Shown: positions 8,983 to 19,582, numbered from the stretch's first letter. The stretch is 64,000 nucleotides of DNA from an uncultured archaeon (GCA_964646855.1 CAZYHQ010000001.1:3414-67413), one strand, 5' to 3'. The notes: generated by a model not told the origin, from the letters alone. Numbers and translations are program-made.

Positions 8983-11160
8983 TTTAGTTTGTTCTTCTAT
9001 TTGTTTCATTGACTTCTTTCCAGCCAATTGATCCTTTATTGACTTGGTAGTTTTTACTCCTACCAACCGTTCCAAGCTTTCTACAGGAACTTCTCTGAGT
9101 TTTTGCAGACTCGTCATCCCTGCGGAGTAAAGTCTTCTTGCCCGCACCCTACCCACATCTTTCAGTTTTACCAGAGCCAACAGTTCTCCCTTTATGCCGT
9201 ACTGCATTCGCACACGGACTTTCCCTATCTCTGTCAACAAATCTTTGTGGCCGAGAAGAAGTGCGAGTTCGTGAAGAGAGTACAAAAGCCAGTTGGATGT
9301 TTCCAACCTGTTTCTCAGCTCGCCAGGGGCAACCCGATATTTTGTAAGTATCTGGTTTTCAGTTGCTTCATTAATCCAATCGGAAAACATTACAGATGTT
9401 TTAACTGATTTGAAAAACTCGTCAAATTCCAAGTCCCACTCCTCAGGAATTTTCTGCAAAAATTCTTTCTCTTTTATGACAAGCATGTTGCCGAGGTCTG
9501 CAATTTCTACAGACTTTACAGAAAGAAGTGGCCTCATTTCCAGACTGTTGGAAATTGTTTGGAGAAAGCTGAATTCCGTAATTTGCTTTTTGCTGGCAAC
9601 ATTTAACGATTCAATAAAATTGTGCGCTGTCAAAGGATCGATATAAAGTTCTGACACCCTTCTTCCCATTAGTGTAGGTCTGAGCTTGCCGTCGTCTATA
9701 GAAACAAAACCCCACCCTGCCAGCTGGCTTAGAATATCGAAAATTTTTTCTTCGATAAAAGACATGTCGCCGTACTGGAGAGCGTAAAAAGTTTTTGAAA
9801 AAAACTCTTTCAACGATTCCTGAGATTTTACAAACTCGCTGGCTATCAACGCCATTGTGTGCATGCGCAGGACAGGTTCGATTGCAAGCTTTGATGTGAT
9901 GTCTTCCACTTCACCGTTTATATAACGGTCCGACAAATCACTTGCGTCGTCATCGTTCTTCGCAACTAAAATTGCTTCTCCAAATTCGTCGTACTGCGGC
10001 CTGCCAGCGCGGCCGACCATCTGTTTGTACTCCAGAACAGGAATGTAGTTCGAGCCGACAGAATCGTAGTAGCGTTTTGCATCACGAATTATCACCCTGA
10101 ATGCCGGAAGATTTACTCCAAGTGCAAGAGTAGGAGTTGCAGTAATAACTTTAATCAACCCGTTTCTGAAATTTTCTTCTATGAGCCTCTTTTGTTTGCC
10201 CAGCAGTCCTGCATGATGAAATGCAACACCGCGTCTAACTGTCGCAGCAATTCTTTCGCATTGGTCTGTAGGACTTTCTAGAACGTTCAGAATTTCATTT
10301 GCTATTTTTTCCAGCTGCTCCGACTCAAGTTTGGTAAGAAATGGTTTTGTTGCGCTGGTGAGTGTCGAGGCGAGCTTCTCTGCTGTTTTTCTCGTCGCGA
10401 CAAAGAAAAGGCATTGTTTTTTCAGCAGCAGGGTGTTTTCGGCTATGGCCTCTTCAGTTTCAATCTCAGAAAGTTTGTACCCTTTCTTGCCGTAAAACTG
10501 AATTTGAGAATCGAACGACACGCCTTCGTACAATTTGACAGGACGAAAATCGCTCTCAATCAATGTGGCGTTCAACCACTTGGTAAGCTCAACAGAATTT
10601 TTTACCGTTGCTGACAAGGCGAATATCTGCGCACGCGGGGCAATTTCTTTCAGCTTTGTGAGAAGTATTTCCAAAGTTGCTCCGCGCGAAGAATCGTTCA
10701 ACAAATGAATTTCATCTGTAATTATCAAACCGATTTTGTTGACCCACTGTATATTGTGCCGAAGGAGAGAGTCAAGCTTCTCAGTGGTACAGCATATTAT
10801 GTCGTAATCCGCCAACCAAGGGTCAGAAGAATCAAAATCACCGACGGAAATCGCAACCTTGTACTTGCCTTCGAAAAGATTTTTGAAGTAATTATATTTT
10901 TCATAAGTGAGCGCGACGAGCGGGGCGATGTAAACAATTTTGCATCTGGTTTCCGCCAACTTGTGAATGATTGCGAGAGTTGCGATTAATGTCTTGCCGC
11001 CTGCTGTCGGCAGTGACACAACAAGATTCCTGTCTTTGAACAACCCTTTACGTATGATGTCTGCTTGTGGTGGATACAGTTCAAAAATTTTCTCTTCTTT
11101 GAATTTTTGTACGTATTCTTGGGGAATACCGTATTTCGTCAGCTCATCTACTTTCATCAT
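8965..11160 (-). CDS. hel308: Ski2-like DNA helicase Hel308/Hjm
   Basis: PTAGGKT, DEIH, LSAT, FHHAGL, QMVGRAGRPQYD, C-terminal HhH VGRVRARRLY. Confidence 0.95.
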   Translation of the reverse strand: MMKVDELTKYGIPQEYVQKFKEEKIFELYPPQADIIRKGLFKDRNLVVSLPTAGGKTLIATLAIIHKLAETRCKIVYIAPLVALTYEKYNYFKNLFEGKYKVAISVGDFDSSDPWLADYDIICCTTEKLDSLLRHNIQWVNKIGLIITDEIHLLNDSSRGATLEILLTKLKEIAPRAQIFALSATVKNSVELTKWLNATLIESDFRPVKLYEGVSFDSQIQFYGKKGYKLSEIETEEAIAENTLLLKKQCLFFVATRKTAEKLASTLTSATKPFLTKLESEQLEKIANEILNVLESPTDQCERIAATVRRGVAFHHAGLLGKQKRLIEENFRNGLIKVITATPTLALGVNLPAFRVIIRDAKRYYDSVGSNYIPVLEYKQMVGRAGRPQYDEFGEAILVAKNDDDASDLSDRYINGEVEDITSKLAIEPVLRMHTMALIASEFVKSQESLKEFFSKTFYALQYGDMSFIEEKIFDILSQLAGWGFVSIDDGKLRPTLMGRRVSELYIDPLTAHNFIESLNVASKKQITEFSFLQTISNSLEMRPLLSVKSVEIADLGNMLVIKEKEFLQKIPEEWDLEFDEFFKSVKTSVMFSDWINEATENQILTKYRVAPGELRNRLETSNWLLYSLHELALLLGHKDLLTEIGKVRVRMQYGIKGELLALVKLKDVGRVRARRLYSAGMTSLQKLREVPVESLERLVGVKTTKSIKDQLAGKKSMKQIEEQTKLISFE

Positions 11161-11644
11161 GAACCATATTTCTTTTGTTTCTTACATAAGTGAGAAAAGA
11201 ATAACCTTCTCCTTCCTCTCTGTTTTTTAGAATCCATTCGTTAAAATTTATTTTTGGGAAAAAGGTATCTCCTTCATAATTTCCATGTATTCTTGTTAGT
11301 TCTAAGGTGTCAGCAATTTTTAAGCCCTCATCGAATAAAGATTGTCCGCCGATAATGAAGACCTTGTCATAATTTTTGCAATATTCGATAGCTTCTTCCA
11401 ATGAGTTTTTTACAACTACATCTGGCGGACTAAATTCTTTTTGTTTTGTAAGTACTATGTTTACCCGATCCTTCAGGGGTTTTACAGGTAGCGATTCGTA
11501 TGTTTTCCTGCCCATAATCACAGGGTGGTTCAGCGTTAAAATTTTAAAATGTTGGAGGTCTTCTTTGATGTGCCAAGGGATTTTTCCATCTTTCCCTATC
11601 ACATTATTTTCGGAAACTGCTGCAATAATTATAATTTTACTCAT
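11144..11644 (-). CDS. folA: dihydrofolate reductase
   Basis: IGKDGKIPW..EDLQHF, IMGRKTYESL, IIGG, GDTFFP. Confidence 0.97.
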   Translation of the reverse strand: MSKIIIIAAVSENNVIGKDGKIPWHIKEDLQHFKILTLNHPVIMGRKTYESLPVKPLKDRVNIVLTKQKEFSPPDVVVKNSLEEAIEYCKNYDKVFIIGGQSLFDEGLKIADTLELTRIHGNYEGDTFFPKINFNEWILKNREEGEGYSFLTYVRNKRNMVHDESR

Positions 11645-12507
11645 ACTGCTAACTCGAATTTTATTGGGGGGTGCGAATTATAATTTTCTGCTTTTGTATC
11701 TTGATATCTCCATTCAAAGATCGATTTAAAATTTTCTGTTTTAATTGTTGGTAATGGGAGTGGTTTCCTTTCTAACTGCTCTTTTAGTCCTTCAACATGA
11801 GTAACATAAACATGTGTGTCTCCCAAAAAACCAGTTAATTTTCCTTCTTTAAGATTTGCTTCCTTTGCAAGCAAATGCAACAACAACCCGTAGCTAGCAA
11901 TGTTAAATGGCAGACCTAGAGCTACATCGATAGATCTCTGATTCCACATCAGGTTTAATTTGTCACCTATGACAGTGACTTGAAAGCTGTAATGACAGGG
12001 TGGCAGAGCCATTCTCTGAACATCCACAGGATTCCAAGATGTGACAATCATCCTTCTATCGTAAGGATCTTCCTTCAATTTTCTAACAACATTCGCTAGT
12101 TGGTCAATGCCGTCCCCGATCGGAGGTTTATCATAAGAAATATATTTCGCTCCAAAATTTCTCCACTGCCAACCATATATGGGGCCGAGGTCACGCGCTT
12201 CCATCATTTTCTTTTTTGTTTCAGAATCATGCCCATAATTAACAATATCTTGACTGGCCCATTCATCCCAAATATGATTATTGTTGTCGATAAGCCATTG
12301 TTTATCGGTCATGCCTTTAATAAAAAATTCAAGTTCAGATGCAACCAATCTAAACGGCACTTTTTTTGTTGTAAGCAAAGGAAAGCCACTTTCCATATTG
12401 TGCTCAAAAATCACACCGGCGATAGCAATAGTGTCAATACCAGTTCTGTTTTTTTTCAAAGTCCCGTTTTTCAAAATTTTATCGACAATGTCTAAATATT
12501 CTTTCAT
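11641..12507 (-). CDS. thyA: thymidylate synthase (bacterial-type ThyA)
   Basis: RTG, FPLLTTKK, LGPIYGWQWR, ALPPCH, QRSID..LGLPFN, DTHVY. Confidence 0.97.
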   Translation of the reverse strand: MKEYLDIVDKILKNGTLKKNRTGIDTIAIAGVIFEHNMESGFPLLTTKKVPFRLVASELEFFIKGMTDKQWLIDNNNHIWDEWASQDIVNYGHDSETKKKMMEARDLGPIYGWQWRNFGAKYISYDKPPIGDGIDQLANVVRKLKEDPYDRRMIVTSWNPVDVQRMALPPCHYSFQVTVIGDKLNLMWNQRSIDVALGLPFNIASYGLLLHLLAKEANLKEGKLTGFLGDTHVYVTHVEGLKEQLERKPLPLPTIKTENFKSIFEWRYQDTKAENYNSHPPIKFELAV

Positions 12508-12548
12508 TATTTTACCATTTCTCTATAGTTTGTTTAATTATTTCTCCT

Positions 12549-12977
12549 TTATGCGAGCAGTGTATACAAATAAAAAACTGCTACGTTGAATGCAAAGCTG
12601 AACAAAATAAAAATCAAAAATTTGCCGCCAAAACCTCGCGAAATAAAAACCATTATTGCAGAGAGCAGATGGTATAGAACTAAAGCTGGCCAGAAGCCGG
12701 CAAGCTGCAATAGATTACCGAGGTAGACTGCCAGCAAAACTGCCGGTGTCGCGAACAAAATGTAATGCGCAATGTTAATGCTTGTCGCGATGTGAACTGC
12801 TAAAATTACGGTGGCTGCAATCATCCCTTCTGCTAAACCGTATTTGTAAGCTGCCATCCAAGGAGCAAAAAACAGAAAATCCGCCCCGTAAATGCCTGGG
12901 ATGAATTTTTTTCTGAAAAAACTTAGTGCTACATTTAGACTTGCGAAAATCAATATGAATATAACAAAATTTACCAT
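12549..12977 (-). CDS. membrane protein, possible ECF S-component-like transporter
   Basis: 5-6 TM, IPG..ADF....A...G...G pattern; lies between glyA and thyA. Confidence 0.5.
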   Translation of the reverse strand: MVNFVIFILIFASLNVALSFFRKKFIPGIYGADFLFFAPWMAAYKYGLAEGMIAATVILAVHIATSINIAHYILFATPAVLLAVYLGNLLQLAGFWPALVLYHLLSAIMVFISRGFGGKFLIFILFSFAFNVAVFYLYTLLA

Positions 12978-12985
12978 GTAATCAT

Positions 12986-14329
12986 TTATTCTAACTCTTG
13001 GTAAAGTGGGAATTGTTTGCACAAATCCAAGACTTGTTCACGAACTTGTTTGATTTTTTCATTCTTGGAAATGTCATCGCGGAAGTTTTGTAAATCTGTT
13101 TGTCTTTGTGTTTTGTCCTCAGACAATTGATAATTTGCAACTTCGTTCACAATTTCTACAATCCAGTTTCCGATTTTTTCCATTTCTGATTCTTTCATGT
13201 TTCGTGTAGTTAGTGCTGGTGTACCTAATCGAACACCAGATGGATAGAAAGGCGAAGATGGATCGTCAGGAATGGTATTCTTGTTTACAATTATTCCTGC
13301 AGACTCTAATGCTTCATGTACAAAAATTCCTTTACCTTTACCAAATGGTGTTAGATCAATTAGCATCATGTGATTATCTGTTCCGTTTGAAACAAGCTTC
13401 AATCCTTTATCGATCAGTGTTTGAGCTAGGTTTTTAGCATTCTTTACTATTTGCTCGGAATACTGTTTGAACTCTGGTTTTGATGCTTCGCCTAATGCGA
13501 CAGCAATTCCTGCGGTAGTGTGATCGTGTGGGCCACCTTGTAGTCCTGGAAATATCGCACGATCGATTTTTCCAGCCAGTTCAGGATCCTTTTTCAAACC
13601 TCTTTCTGTAACCATAATCATCGCGCCCCGCGGACCGCGTAAAGTTTTGTGAGTGGTTGTAGTAACGATGTGAGCGTATTGAACAGGACTTTTGTGGACA
13701 CCAGCAACAACCAGTCCAGCAATGTGTGCGATATCGGCTGCTAAGTAAGCTCCAACTTCATCAGCAATCTTACTCAGTTCTTCGAACGGAAATTCTCTTA
13801 CGTATGCTGTTGCGCCCACCCACATTAGTTTCGGTTTATTTTCTAAAGCCAGTTTCCTAACTTCTTCCAAGTCGATATAACCATCTGGTTTAACACGATA
13901 CTGTACACTTTTGAAGAACTGGCCCGTAACACTTGCATTCCAACCATGTGTTAAATGCCCACCATGTGGTAGACTCTGTCCCATTACAGTATCGCCGACC
14001 TTACAAGTTGCTACGTAGACTGCAAAATTTGCTGGGCTCCCAGAATAAGGTTGGACATTTACATGTGGTACTCCAAAAAGTTTTTTGGCGCGTCCGATCG
14101 CTAAACTCTCGAGTTGATCAACAATTCTATTTCCTGCGTAATATCTTTTGAAAGGGTACCCTTCTGAATACTTGTTTGTGAATACAGAACCCATGGCTTG
14201 CAGGACAGCGATGCTCACATGGTTTTCAGAAGGGATCATTTCGAGTTCGAATTTTTGCCTCTCTAACTCTGCTCTAATCAATGCTGCAATCTCAGGATCG
14301 ATTTTATCTAGAATATCAGAAACTTTCAT
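12986..14329 (-). CDS. glyA: serine hydroxymethyltransferase
   Basis: PSEN, NKYSEGYP..RYY, GGHLTHG, TTTHKTLRGPRG, FPGLQGGP. Confidence 0.98.
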   Translation of the reverse strand: MKVSDILDKIDPEIAALIRAELERQKFELEMIPSENHVSIAVLQAMGSVFTNKYSEGYPFKRYYAGNRIVDQLESLAIGRAKKLFGVPHVNVQPYSGSPANFAVYVATCKVGDTVMGQSLPHGGHLTHGWNASVTGQFFKSVQYRVKPDGYIDLEEVRKLALENKPKLMWVGATAYVREFPFEELSKIADEVGAYLAADIAHIAGLVVAGVHKSPVQYAHIVTTTTHKTLRGPRGAMIMVTERGLKKDPELAGKIDRAIFPGLQGGPHDHTTAGIAVALGEASKPEFKQYSEQIVKNAKNLAQTLIDKGLKLVSNGTDNHMMLIDLTPFGKGKGIFVHEALESAGIIVNKNTIPDDPSSPFYPSGVRLGTPALTTRNMKESEMEKIGNWIVEIVNEVANYQLSEDKTQRQTDLQNFRDDISKNEKIKQVREQVLDLCKQFPLYQELE

Positions 14330-14369
14330 AACATCTATAAATATTCAGTCAAAGTTTAAATATAGAAAC

Positions 14370-15371
14370 GTGGCTTTAGTGGGAGAATTAATTTGTCTTG
14401 GTATAGAATCGACTGCCCACACGTTAGGAGTTGGGATTGTTGATGACAAAGGGAAAATTCTTGCTGAGAAAAGGGAAATGGTAAAAACTAAACTCGGTTC
14501 TGGTTTCGTTCCAAAAGAATTGTTTGAACATCATGTAGCTGTAGCAGACAAGTTGATTAAATCTGCTCTTGAAGATGCGAAATTAAAAATTACTGGCGTT
14601 GATGTTTTTTCTTTTTCGCAGGGCATGGGCATACCTAATGCCCTCCGTGCAGGAGCTGCAGCAGCAAGATTTCTGGCTGAGAAATACAATAAACCTTTGG
14701 TCGGCGTGAACCACGCGGTCGCACACATAGAAATTGGAAAATTGACGACTGGAGCGAGGGATCCTGTCGTTCTTTACTTGTCTGGTGGCAACACTCAGGT
14801 CATTGCTTTAGCCGAAGGTAGGTATAGAATTTTTGGAGAGACCGAGGACATACCGGTTGGAAATGCTCTGGATGTGATTGCACGCGACATGAATCTGCCG
14901 ATGCCTGGAGGTCCTGAAATAGAAAAATTTGCAAAGTTTGGGAAGTACGTAGATCTGCCTTACGTTGTCAAGGGAACGGACCTGTCTTTCAGCGGAATAC
15001 TCACAGCTGCAAAACAGAAACTACGTGACGGTGTGAGTAAAGAAGATGTTGCATACAGCATGCAGGAAGTTTGCTTTGCTATGCTGACTGAAGTCACAGA
15101 GCGCGCTCTGGCCCACATTGGTAAAAAAGAGGTTCTGTTGGTTGGTGGTGTGGCTGCAAATAAAAGACTGCAAGAAATGCTGAAAATAATGTGTGGTGAT
15201 CGTGGTGCGAAATTGTTTTACGTTCCTATGCAGTACGCGTCTGACAACGGGGCAATGATTGCATGGAACGGAATTTTAGCTTACAATTCCGGCCGACAAA
15301 CAAAAATAGAAAACTCTGGTGTAAAGCAAAATTGGAGAACTGATGAAGTAGAAATATTTTGGGTTGTGTAA
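14370..15371 (+). CDS. kae1: KEOPS t6A threonylcarbamoyltransferase Kae1
   Basis: GIESTAHT, VNHAVAHIE, LSGGNT, DLSFSG, GGVAAN, DNGAMIA; start trimmed to GTG 14370. Confidence 0.96.
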   Translation: MALVGELICLGIESTAHTLGVGIVDDKGKILAEKREMVKTKLGSGFVPKELFEHHVAVADKLIKSALEDAKLKITGVDVFSFSQGMGIPNALRAGAAAARFLAEKYNKPLVGVNHAVAHIEIGKLTTGARDPVVLYLSGGNTQVIALAEGRYRIFGETEDIPVGNALDVIARDMNLPMPGGPEIEKFAKFGKYVDLPYVVKGTDLSFSGILTAAKQKLRDGVSKEDVAYSMQEVCFAMLTEVTERALAHIGKKEVLLVGGVAANKRLQEMLKIMCGDRGAKLFYVPMQYASDNGAMIAWNGILAYNSGRQTKIENSGVKQNWRTDEVEIFWVV

Positions 15372-15382
15372 AACACATCACT

Positions 15383-15646
15383 TTAGAGCAGTTCGTTCTC
15401 GCTAACGATTACAAAATCTCCAACAGATTTTACAGAAGAAAATGGAATCAGCAGTCGCCCTTTTTCGTCTGATTTTAGATTAAGGTCAGACAAATGCTTC
15501 GTCGATTGCTCGACAATCAAGTTAAGCAACTCGCCGCTTTCTGTTACGAAATCTATGTTGCTTACGACTCCGAACTTCCTTCCTGTTTCTTCGCTGATTA
15601 TTGTCTTGCCGACAATGTCTCCTGCTCGTACTCTCTGTTCAGCCAT
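15383..15646 (-). CDS. PRC-barrel domain protein (CdpB-like)
   Basis: GK.I....G...G.V..I.....GEL and IPFSSVKSVGDFVIV; AGGTGA SD. Confidence 0.88.
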   Translation of the reverse strand: MAEQRVRAGDIVGKTIISEETGRKFGVVSNIDFVTESGELLNLIVEQSTKHLSDLNLKSDEKGRLLIPFSSVKSVGDFVIVSENELL

Positions 15647-15709
15647 TAAAAATCACCTTATCCTGTTTACTATATTTGTTTTTAATCTTTTTTAAGTTAA
15701 CATAAGGTT

Positions 15710-16225
15710 ATGCCGAGGCTCTTTATCGGGATGATGTTGCCGGAAGGTTTAAAAGATAGTGTAATTGTGCTTCAGGAGAGAGTCAAAAAGTTTGTTGATG
15801 CTAAATTTGTCGAGGGTGGAAATTTGCACATAAGCCTCTCCTTCCTAGGAGAGGTAGACGAAACTCAAACGGAAAACATTAACAACAGTTTGGATGGCAT
15901 CTGCCGAGGGCATAAAAAATTCGAGGTGAAAACCGGGGAGGTAAAATTTATACCGAGTTTGGATTTTTTGCGCGTGGTTGCACTGGATGTAGAAAGCAAC
16001 GAATTAAAAGGAATCAGCAGGGAGGTAAAAACAGAAATCGGTGGCGATGTAAAACCGCCTCATCTGACTTTGTGCAGAGTTAGAAAAGTAGTTGATAAGG
16101 ACGGCCTTGCAAAACTTTCTGGTGTAGAAATGAAATTTGTCGTGGATAAAATCTGCGTTGTAGAAAGCAGGTTGTCGCGTGCGGGGCCGACTTACATTGC
16201 AGTGCACGATTCCTATCTCGATTAA
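15710..16225 (+). CDS. thpR: RNA 2',3'-cyclic phosphodiesterase (2H family)
   Basis: RLFIG, HISL and HLTL 2H motifs, S.L...GPTY. Confidence 0.9.
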   Translation: MPRLFIGMMLPEGLKDSVIVLQERVKKFVDAKFVEGGNLHISLSFLGEVDETQTENINNSLDGICRGHKKFEVKTGEVKFIPSLDFLRVVALDVESNELKGISREVKTEIGGDVKPPHLTLCRVRKVVDKDGLAKLSGVEMKFVVDKICVVESRLSRAGPTYIAVHDSYLD

Positions 16226-16659
16226 GTTGCTACTCTCCTATCGGCGAATTTTTTTCGGTTGAAAAACTTGTCGATAGACTGTTCTGTGCCTGACTCGTAC
16301 ATTGTTTTGAGCTTTGTGAAGGAACTCAATTCTTCAATCCTTTGAACGCCGAACACCAAGTGGATTTTTTGACGTAATCTTGAATTTACATAAATGCCTT
16401 TGGCCTGCAAATTCCTTCGGAGATAATCACAGATTAGCTCGCCTTCTTCGTCAAAATCCGAAAGTATAGTTACGGAATTAAAATGCTCCGAAATGTTTTG
16501 TACGACATCGTAAAGTGGTTTGCCGGATATGTCGAGGATGTTTTTAAAACCGATCTCTGCCAGAACCCTTTTGTCACGTATGCCCTCTACCACAAAAACG
16601 GAATTTTCCGCCTCTTCTATTTCTTTGTTAAGCATTAAATTTTTTGAAGAAAAATTCAT
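16222..16659 (-). CDS. small TOPRIM-domain protein
   Basis: VVEGIRD and LSDFDEEGE TOPRIM motifs. Confidence 0.85.
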   Translation of the reverse strand: MNFSSKNLMLNKEIEEAENSVFVVEGIRDKRVLAEIGFKNILDISGKPLYDVVQNISEHFNSVTILSDFDEEGELICDYLRRNLQAKGIYVNSRLRQKIHLVFGVQRIEELSSFTKLKTMYESGTEQSIDKFFNRKKFADRRVAT

Positions 16660-16669
16660 AATTGTTAGT

Positions 16670-17464
16670 TTATACGATTTCTTCCAAGACATCTCTTTCC
16701 GTAATTACTCCTTCAAGATTGTCGTTGTCGTCGACGACGACCAACCCGCCGACATCACGCGAAACCATTATCTTGACCGCTTCGGAAACGTCTACGTGTT
16801 TTTCTACTTTGACCGGTTTTCTGGTTGCAATTGTGGTGGCTTCCTTGTCCAGTCCTGTATTGGAAAAATTGTTGCCGGCTACGAAACTAAGCATGTCTGC
16901 GGACGTGACGATGCCGACTAATTTTTTGTTCTCGACCACGGGCAGGCGTCTGTAGTGGACGTTGACCATACTTTTCAGGCAATCCAATATTGACATTTTT
17001 TCCTTTATGAAAAATGGTTTTTTTGTCATAATTTCAGAAACTGTTTTGTTGAACTCGGTTTGGGAAAAATTTTTAACAAAGTCTCTTTCGCTTATCATGG
17101 CGACAAGCCGTTTGAAATTCAGAACCGGGAGTCCACCGCGTCTGGATATTTTCATTCGCTGCAGCACAGAATTTATTGTATCGTCACTGTTTGCCGAGAT
17201 CACATCACGAACCATTATCTCAGAAATTTTGTCATTGAAGTTGACTTTTCGCAGAAATGAGTCGAGAATGTCCATAGAGGTAACGATGCCGACGACTTCT
17301 TCCCTGTTGCTGACGACCGGAATGCGCCTGTGTTTTTTTCCAAGCATTTTGTCCACTACTGCGGAAATTTTTTCACTCTCTGTTGCATAAACAGGATTAA
17401 CATTAGCCAGTCGCAAAATATTCTCGTTCCTATTTATTCCTACAGCGTCGAGGTTTACACTCAT
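16670..17464 (-). CDS. CBS-domain protein (4 CBS)
   Basis: RRIPVV/GGLPVL/RRLPVV/GGLVVV with G.I(T/S)..D motifs. Confidence 0.92.
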   Translation of the reverse strand: MSVNLDAVGINRNENILRLANVNPVYATESEKISAVVDKMLGKKHRRIPVVSNREEVVGIVTSMDILDSFLRKVNFNDKISEIMVRDVISANSDDTINSVLQRMKISRRGGLPVLNFKRLVAMISERDFVKNFSQTEFNKTVSEIMTKKPFFIKEKMSILDCLKSMVNVHYRRLPVVENKKLVGIVTSADMLSFVAGNNFSNTGLDKEATTIATRKPVKVEKHVDVSEAVKIMVSRDVGGLVVVDDNDNLEGVITERDVLEEIV

Positions 17465-18009
17465 TCTTCCGCTTCCGACTCGTCTCTACAGCTTTCGCAC
17501 AGCCATTGATCGTTTTTGTTTTGCAGGGTTGTAAAATAATTTTCGCAGGAATCGCATATGCCGGATGTGATTTCCTCGCGCAGCACGAATGGCTCTTCTT
17601 TCATCTTAAGCCTGTATTCCAGCAAATCCAGCATTTCTGGTGACGTTCGTGCCACGTCGGTTAGCGAGACGACCCCAACCAACTTGTCTTTGTCCACGAC
17701 TGGCAATCTATGAATGTTGTTGAGTTTCATTTTGCGGACCACATCGATTAACTCGTCTTCCGGCCTTACTCCAACGATTGGTGAACTCATTATATTTTTT
17801 ATTTTTATTTTGCTGGCTGTTTTATTTTCAGCAACAATTTTCTGTATCACATCGCTTTCAGACAATGTTCCGATTGGTTTTTTGTTTTTTGTGACAATCA
17901 GGAAACCACGCCTGACTTTTCGAAACAGTTCACCCGCCTCTCTGGCGTTTTTATTAACGTCAATGGAGTAAACTGGTGACGACATTATGTCTCTAACTTT
18001 AATTGGCAA
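17461..18009 (-). CDS. CBS-pair protein with C-terminal Zn ribbon
   Basis: two CBS domains plus CDSC...CESC; TTG 18009 follows GGTGA. Confidence 0.9.
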   Translation of the reverse strand: MPIKVRDIMSSPVYSIDVNKNAREAGELFRKVRRGFLIVTKNKKPIGTLSESDVIQKIVAENKTASKIKIKNIMSSPIVGVRPEDELIDVVRKMKLNNIHRLPVVDKDKLVGVVSLTDVARTSPEMLDLLEYRLKMKEEPFVLREEITSGICDSCENYFTTLQNKNDQWLCESCRDESEAEE

Positions 18010-18064
18010 ATTATCACCTACAATAATTAATCGTAATTTGAATAATATTAATTGTGGTTCTTGC

Positions 18065-18436
18065 ATGCAGGCGAAAAACAGATACAGAAAGGGGGCGAAT
18101 GCCGAACGAGAACTTGCAAAAATATTAAAGGGTCACGCGTTTGCTGTTGCGCGCTCTGCGAAAAGTGGCGGGAGAATTTCCATACCGGATGTCATTGGCG
18201 TCAAAGGTGGGACTGTTTTTGCGTTTGAATGTAAAACATGGAAGAGAAAACCTGTACTGAAACCCGAAGAGTTTGTAGAAATTTCCGATTGGTGTTCGAG
18301 GGCTGGCGCGAATGGCTTTCTGGCGTGGAGAAAAAGGGGCGAGTGGTTGTTTCTAAACATAGTCGATTTGAAAACCAAAGATATTAGCAAAGACGGACTA
18401 AAATTAGAAGATATAATAAATATGGTGCAAAAATGA
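18065..18436 (+). CDS. hjc: archaeal Holliday junction resolvase
   Basis: KGANAERE, R...SG, PDVIG, FECK (PD-(D/E)xK). Confidence 0.93.
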   Translation: MQAKNRYRKGANAERELAKILKGHAFAVARSAKSGGRISIPDVIGVKGGTVFAFECKTWKRKPVLKPEEFVEISDWCSRAGANGFLAWRKRGEWLFLNIVDLKTKDISKDGLKLEDIINMVQK

Positions 18437-19110
18437 AAATAGTTGCGGTTGGCTGCATACACAATGACGTCGAAAATCTCCTGAAGTTTTTGGACTCTGT
18501 GTCACAGTTCGACTTTGATGTTTTAGTATGCGCCGGGGATTTTACTGACGGTGCCCTGCCTAGGGGGTTCACAAATGTCGGCATATCGAAACTGATTGTT
18601 GAGGAGCTGAAGGGACCAGGCAGGCCTGTGCTGGTCGTGCCTGGAAGTTGGGACAAAGATCTGATAAGTTTTTTCGAGAAAGAAAACATGAGCATCCACG
18701 GAAAGGGGAGGAAGATTGGCGACGTTGGTTTTTATGGTTTCGGCGGCGCGAAAACGCCTTTTGGTTTGCCGCTTGAGCCAAGCGAGGAAGAAATTTCCAA
18801 CGGGTTGAGGAAGGCGTACAACGACATCAAGAGTGCAGAGTACAAAGTCCAGGTTACACATGCCCCGCCGGTCAAGACAAAACTTGACACCATATCAAGT
18901 GGAGCGCATGTCGGATCCGAAGCGGTAAGGAAATTTATAGAAGAGTCCGGGCCGCAGGCTGCAATCTGTTCCCACATTCATGAGGCGCGCGGTGTAGACG
19001 AGATAAAAGGCACAAAAATTGTTAACACCGGCAGGTTCCCAGAGGGTCACTACGGACTCATCGAGATAAAAAACGGGCTGGTCGACGCAAAATTAATTGA
19101 TTTGATATGA
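18433..19110 (+). CDS. calcineurin-like metallophosphoesterase (Icc-related)
   Basis: GCIH, AGD..D, PGSWD, THAPP, SHIHE; first motif has C in place of D. Confidence 0.88.
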   Translation: MKIVAVGCIHNDVENLLKFLDSVSQFDFDVLVCAGDFTDGALPRGFTNVGISKLIVEELKGPGRPVLVVPGSWDKDLISFFEKENMSIHGKGRKIGDVGFYGFGGAKTPFGLPLEPSEEEISNGLRKAYNDIKSAEYKVQVTHAPPVKTKLDTISSGAHVGSEAVRKFIEESGPQAAICSHIHEARGVDEIKGTKIVNTGRFPEGHYGLIEIKNGLVDAKLIDLI

Positions 19111-19207
19111 ATATTGCAGTATACAAATTCATTTTTATTGCCGTACGCCCAATTGTATTCTACCCACACCAGGAAAACACGAAAATTTCGCACGGAGAAC
19201 CAATTCG

Positions 19208-19582
19208 ATGAACACAGAAACAAATTTTTTAGAAGCAACTGATGCCGCGCAGCTCGGAGAGCTGACAAAAGAGGACTTTTCCTTCTTTTCGAACTTCGAC
19301 ATAATAACCGTTAGGATAATACAGAAATTTTACGGCTCTGGTGTCGGCGCGCTGAACAGCGACGTCAACTGTTTCCACGTTCAGCAGCTTCATTTTATAC
19401 TTAAGGGTGAGGGGCTGCAGATCGGAACAGAGGGGCTGAGGAAAAAACTTGAGTTTCTTGTGCGTATTGGTTTTATAGAAAAGGTCAACACGTATCCGAG
19501 AATCTACATGCCGCTCAAACACGTGGATGCAATACAAAAAATCCAAACCAAAGTAGAACAGCTGAAAAGAATTTTCCTATGA
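19208..19582 (+). CDS. winged-helix DNA-binding protein
   Basis: IGTEGLRKKLEFLVRIGFIEKVNTYPRIY recognition helix plus wing. Confidence 0.65.
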   Translation: MNTETNFLEATDAAQLGELTKEDFSFFSNFDIITVRIIQKFYGSGVGALNSDVNCFHVQQLHFILKGEGLQIGTEGLRKKLEFLVRIGFIEKVNTYPRIYMPLKHVDAIQKIQTKVEQLKRIFL

